Of a DNA stretch of 64,000 nucleotides, positions 60,750-64,000 are shown in pieces; position 1 is the stretch's first letter; every line of letters begins with the position of its first letter. Where the stretch lies: NCBI GenBank assembly GCA_002269645.1, contig NIVC01002677.1, positions 62,001-126,000 on the forward strand, in the 5' to 3' direction. Position numbers and translations under genes: made by a program. Under the pieces are notes generated by a model. That model was not told the origin of the DNA, searched no databases, and worked only from the letters and a program-made list of their open reading frames with translations. The DNA comes from Macrostomum lignano (Eukaryota).

Positions 60750-61027
60750 AAGTTATATAATAATTGATTTCACCTGCCCCAATTGGGACAGATGTGCAAC
60801 CGACAGCTCAGCCGCAGCTATTGCGCGGCGCATCTGAAGTCTGCGTACGGCCGCTCAGTCCAAGAACTTTGGGGTCGCCACGCACACCCTCAATTACCCC
60901 AGCTAATGCTGGCACCCATTTTACAGCTGGGTGTCTTGCTCAAGGACACAAATTGTTCCGAGTGGGTCGAGACTCGAACCCCCGACCTTTCAGTCGTCAG
61001 TGCGACGCTCTGACCACTGCGGTAGGC
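60750..61027 (-). mobile_element. tRNA-derived CORE-type SINE, copy 2
   Basis: Same head as copy 1 (CAGTGGTCAGAGCGTCG...GGTCGGGGGTTCGA), then TGTGTCCTTGAGCAAGACAC and CTGTAAAATGGG (CORE end motif), ending in a TTA-rich tail. Confidence 0.72.
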
Positions 61028-62084
61028 TGCAACCCCAAGTTAATTCCACTGGTTTTGATCTGGCGGTTGAAGCCACTGCATGCGCCAGCTGATCCCGTCA
61101 TTAGTTATTAATGAGCTGATGCAGCCCTCCTGTCTCTCTATTCCGGAATCCAACACACTGAGGTGGGGCAGCTGGTACCCTTCCTGATCTCCCTCACTTC
61201 CCCCCCCTCTGCGTCTCTCCACCACCCCCCCCCCCCCCCAGCATCTCAAGGGGCAGCTCCACCGGCGGCGAGCCACTCGAGCACGGAGTCTGCATCAATA
61301 TTCGGCGTCTCAACTCAGTCCCCACCTGATCCCTTCGCTAGGCCGCGCGATCTTCCATCCGATGAGGTCCCGAGGCCTCAAACCCTTGCGTCTGTCGCTT
61401 CGCACCGATGGCGTTTAAGAGGCGCAAAGTGCTTGAAGTTTTTTTCCTGCACCAAACAGCTTCTCCTCCTTTGCATGTTCGAGCTTCGAACTTTTGAGAA
61501 CTTTTTTCTCATCTCTCGTTTTCGTTTCGGTGCGGCTACTCGAATTCTCGAACGATTTGCTCAAAACTTTCTTGTGTTTTTAACAAACTCGTCTCGAAGC
61601 TGCATCAGCTCCCCTGGACACTGTACTCGCAAAGAATCGTTTGTCGCTACTCAACGGAAAGTTTTCTCAGTTTGTTTATCAAGGACTACTCAAGTTTAGG
61701 GGGCCGGTTATTTCCAGATAAATACACTACGGAGATAGGAAGTTTTCATTTTTTCAGCACAAAATAATTGTGTTATTTCTTTCAATCGGAGGCAGACCCA
61801 ATGTTCATCTTCTGATATGTTGTGCCTTTCTTATAGCTCTATTGATATTCATAAAGCTTTTCGTTCAGAAAATTAGAGTTCTTTGTTAATTTTTTTTTCT
61901 ACGAGTACGTAACATTGTACATTTCCTGTGCCTAAAACCATTAAAAATGTCACGGCTCGGCTCATTAGTTTTATGAATCTATTTTTAATTCTTAGCTGAC
62001 TTTGTGACAATGCGTGTAGCAGAGATGAAAAAGAAAATTGATTCAAAATACTGACAATCAAATGTCACTGATAATCAATTGCCA

Positions 62085-62650
62085 CTGACAGTCAAATTTC
62101 ACTGATTGTCAAATGTCACTGACAGTCAAATGTCACTGATTTTCAAATGTCACTGGGAGTAAAATGTCACTGACAGTCAAGTGTCACTGATTGTCAAATG
62201 TCACTGATTGTCAAATATCACTGATTGTCAAATATCACTGATTGTCAAATGTCACTGGCAGTCAAGTGTCACTGATTGTCAAATGTCACTGATTTTCAAA
62301 TGTCACTGATTGTCAAATATCACTGACAGTCAAATGTCACTGTTGTTAAATGTCACTGACAGTCAAATGTCACTGGCAGTCAAATGTCACTGTTGTTAAA
62401 TGTCACTGACAGTCAAATGTCACTGACAGTCAAATGTCACTGATTGTCAAATGTCACTGATAGTCAAATGTCACTGACAGTCAAATGTCACTGATAGTCA
62501 AATGTCACTGACAGTCAAATGTCACTGACACTCAAATGTCACTGACAGTCAAATGTCACTGATAGTCAAATGTCACTGACAGTCAAATGTCACTGATAGT
62601 CAAATGTCACTGACAGTCAAATGTCACTGACAGTCAAATGTCACTGACAG
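62085..62650. repeat. 17-bp minisatellite (TGTCACTGACAGTCAAA) with a palindromic core
   Basis: Directly visible. Confidence 0.93.
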
Positions 62651-64000
62651 TAAAATGTCGTAGGCCCATTTGCGAGTGCAACATCTTTCTACTTCAGTTC
62701 TTCATGCTTGTAAGAATTTAATTCAGCGCCATTTCCAGCTGAATTTTTTGGGACTCCAGGCTCATTCTGCGCCAAAAGCGACTATCATCAATTCCTACGA
62801 GCGTAATTTCATTACCGTCCCACCATCTGCTGGCTGTCTGCGCCAAATCCCACTGCAAATCTGTCTTCCCATTTCTATGGCGATCCTTCCCCTCTTTTTC
62901 AGCGTCCTCGACCGGCTCCATCATAGCTAATTTCAAGTGCCAAAACCAAATATAGAGATCTGAGGGGGTGGGGGGGGGTGTAGAAGAGCCACGGGCTGAG
63001 GGTCCCGTGGGACAATGTGTGCTCAACGCTGCCTCACCTCCCCGAGGATTCTCCCCCCCTTTTCACTCATCGACTCGAGTGAGGCGAAACAGAAGCGGAG
63101 TTAAGCAGGCAGCCACAGACCGACTCGAGCTCGGGCGGCAGTCTTCAACTGATGCAAAATTAATTGCGGCTTCTCGAATAATTTTGTTTTAGCGGCCGGC
63201 CAGTGAAGAGAGCTGGGCGGCACGGGCAGGTGAGGATCCGGTTGCCACGGGCGGGGCATCATCTGCTCGAATCCATTTGTCGATTTTTCCATTTCTGCTA
63301 CGGCAACCCTTCGGTTGATTGGCGCGTCGAGAGCGCCAGCTGAAGCACACCGGGGGCACAAAGCGATTTCCTGATCCCAGCTCTGTCCGACTGTCCTTCA
63401 TGGATAATTCAGCCGCAGCCGCCTCAAAGCCGGGTAAAGGGGGGGGGAGGGTTGGTAGAGCGGCTTTCCGCTGTTACAGGCCCGATCGCAATTCCAACAC
63501 AGCGGCTCCACCGCACCGCTTGTCTTGATTCGATCAGGCGTACCGACTCTCCCGCCTTCCTGCCTGTCCTTGTGTGTCCCCGCGTCCTCTCTCTCTCTCT
63601 CTCTCTCTCTCACGGTTTCCCTGTTTAGCACACGTCTAATATTCATTTGTTCTCCCTGTATGCCCTCCGCGGGTCTCTCTCTCTCTCTTATTTATTCGCT
63701 GCAGAAGCGGCTGCGACCCAAACTTGATCCTTCAATCTATCAGGGGGGGGGGGCTCGAAGCGCTGGAGCGTCACTCGATCTGGTGCGCATGCGACCGAAT
63801 ATGATGGAGGCAAACACGGGCCCCAGCGCACAGACTGCCATGTTGCTTGACTATCATTATATTTTGCTTTCTGTCCCATTCGTCTTTTTGCTCAGCCGGC
63901 CACACCCCAGCGGCTCCCGCCTCGTCAGGGCCGAAAGGCTGCGGATCTCCCCGCTGTGCCCCCAGAGTGTCGCTCGCTTGAGCGCTTTGCCCGCCTGAGT

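Noticed and set aside
62718-63998. Coding exons in the terminal CpG-rich region
   Set aside because: The ORFs are short, mutually overlapping and have no recognisable motif; probably a promoter/5' region of a gene extending beyond the window.

Overview
Eukaryotic, intron-containing, repeat-rich animal DNA. GC3-rich exons, minisatellite-filled introns and NPF genes suggest a free-living flatworm such as Macrostomum; this is inference only. Seven spliced genes could be reconstructed by hand: two tandem NPY/NPF neuropeptide precursors (+), a cytochrome-b5-fused front-end fatty acid desaturase (+), a bestrophin (-), a C-type lectin (-, frameshifted), an LRR-Ig single-pass membrane protein (-, 1-nt frameshift in a G run) and MON1 (+). 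The window also holds an internally deleted mariner with 195-bp TIRs, two tRNA-derived CORE-SINEs, hAT-type MITE remnants and more than 20 micro/minisatellites. One 23-bp satellite is arranged as a large mirror-image inverted repeat. The most notable observations: (1) both NPF paralogues encode 36-aa pyroGlu peptides ending in vertebrate-like R-Q-R-F-amide; (2) the bestrophin has lost the canonical acidic Ca2+ clasp but carries a clasp-like GDDDFE motif at its extreme C-terminus; (3) the LRR-Ig cytoplasmic tail has exact 22-aa (2x11) amphipathic repeats, and a desaturase gene lies nearby; (4) sharply bounded CpG-depleted domains cover the 5' parts of FADS and MON1. No CRISPR array, rRNA or genuine tRNA is supported.
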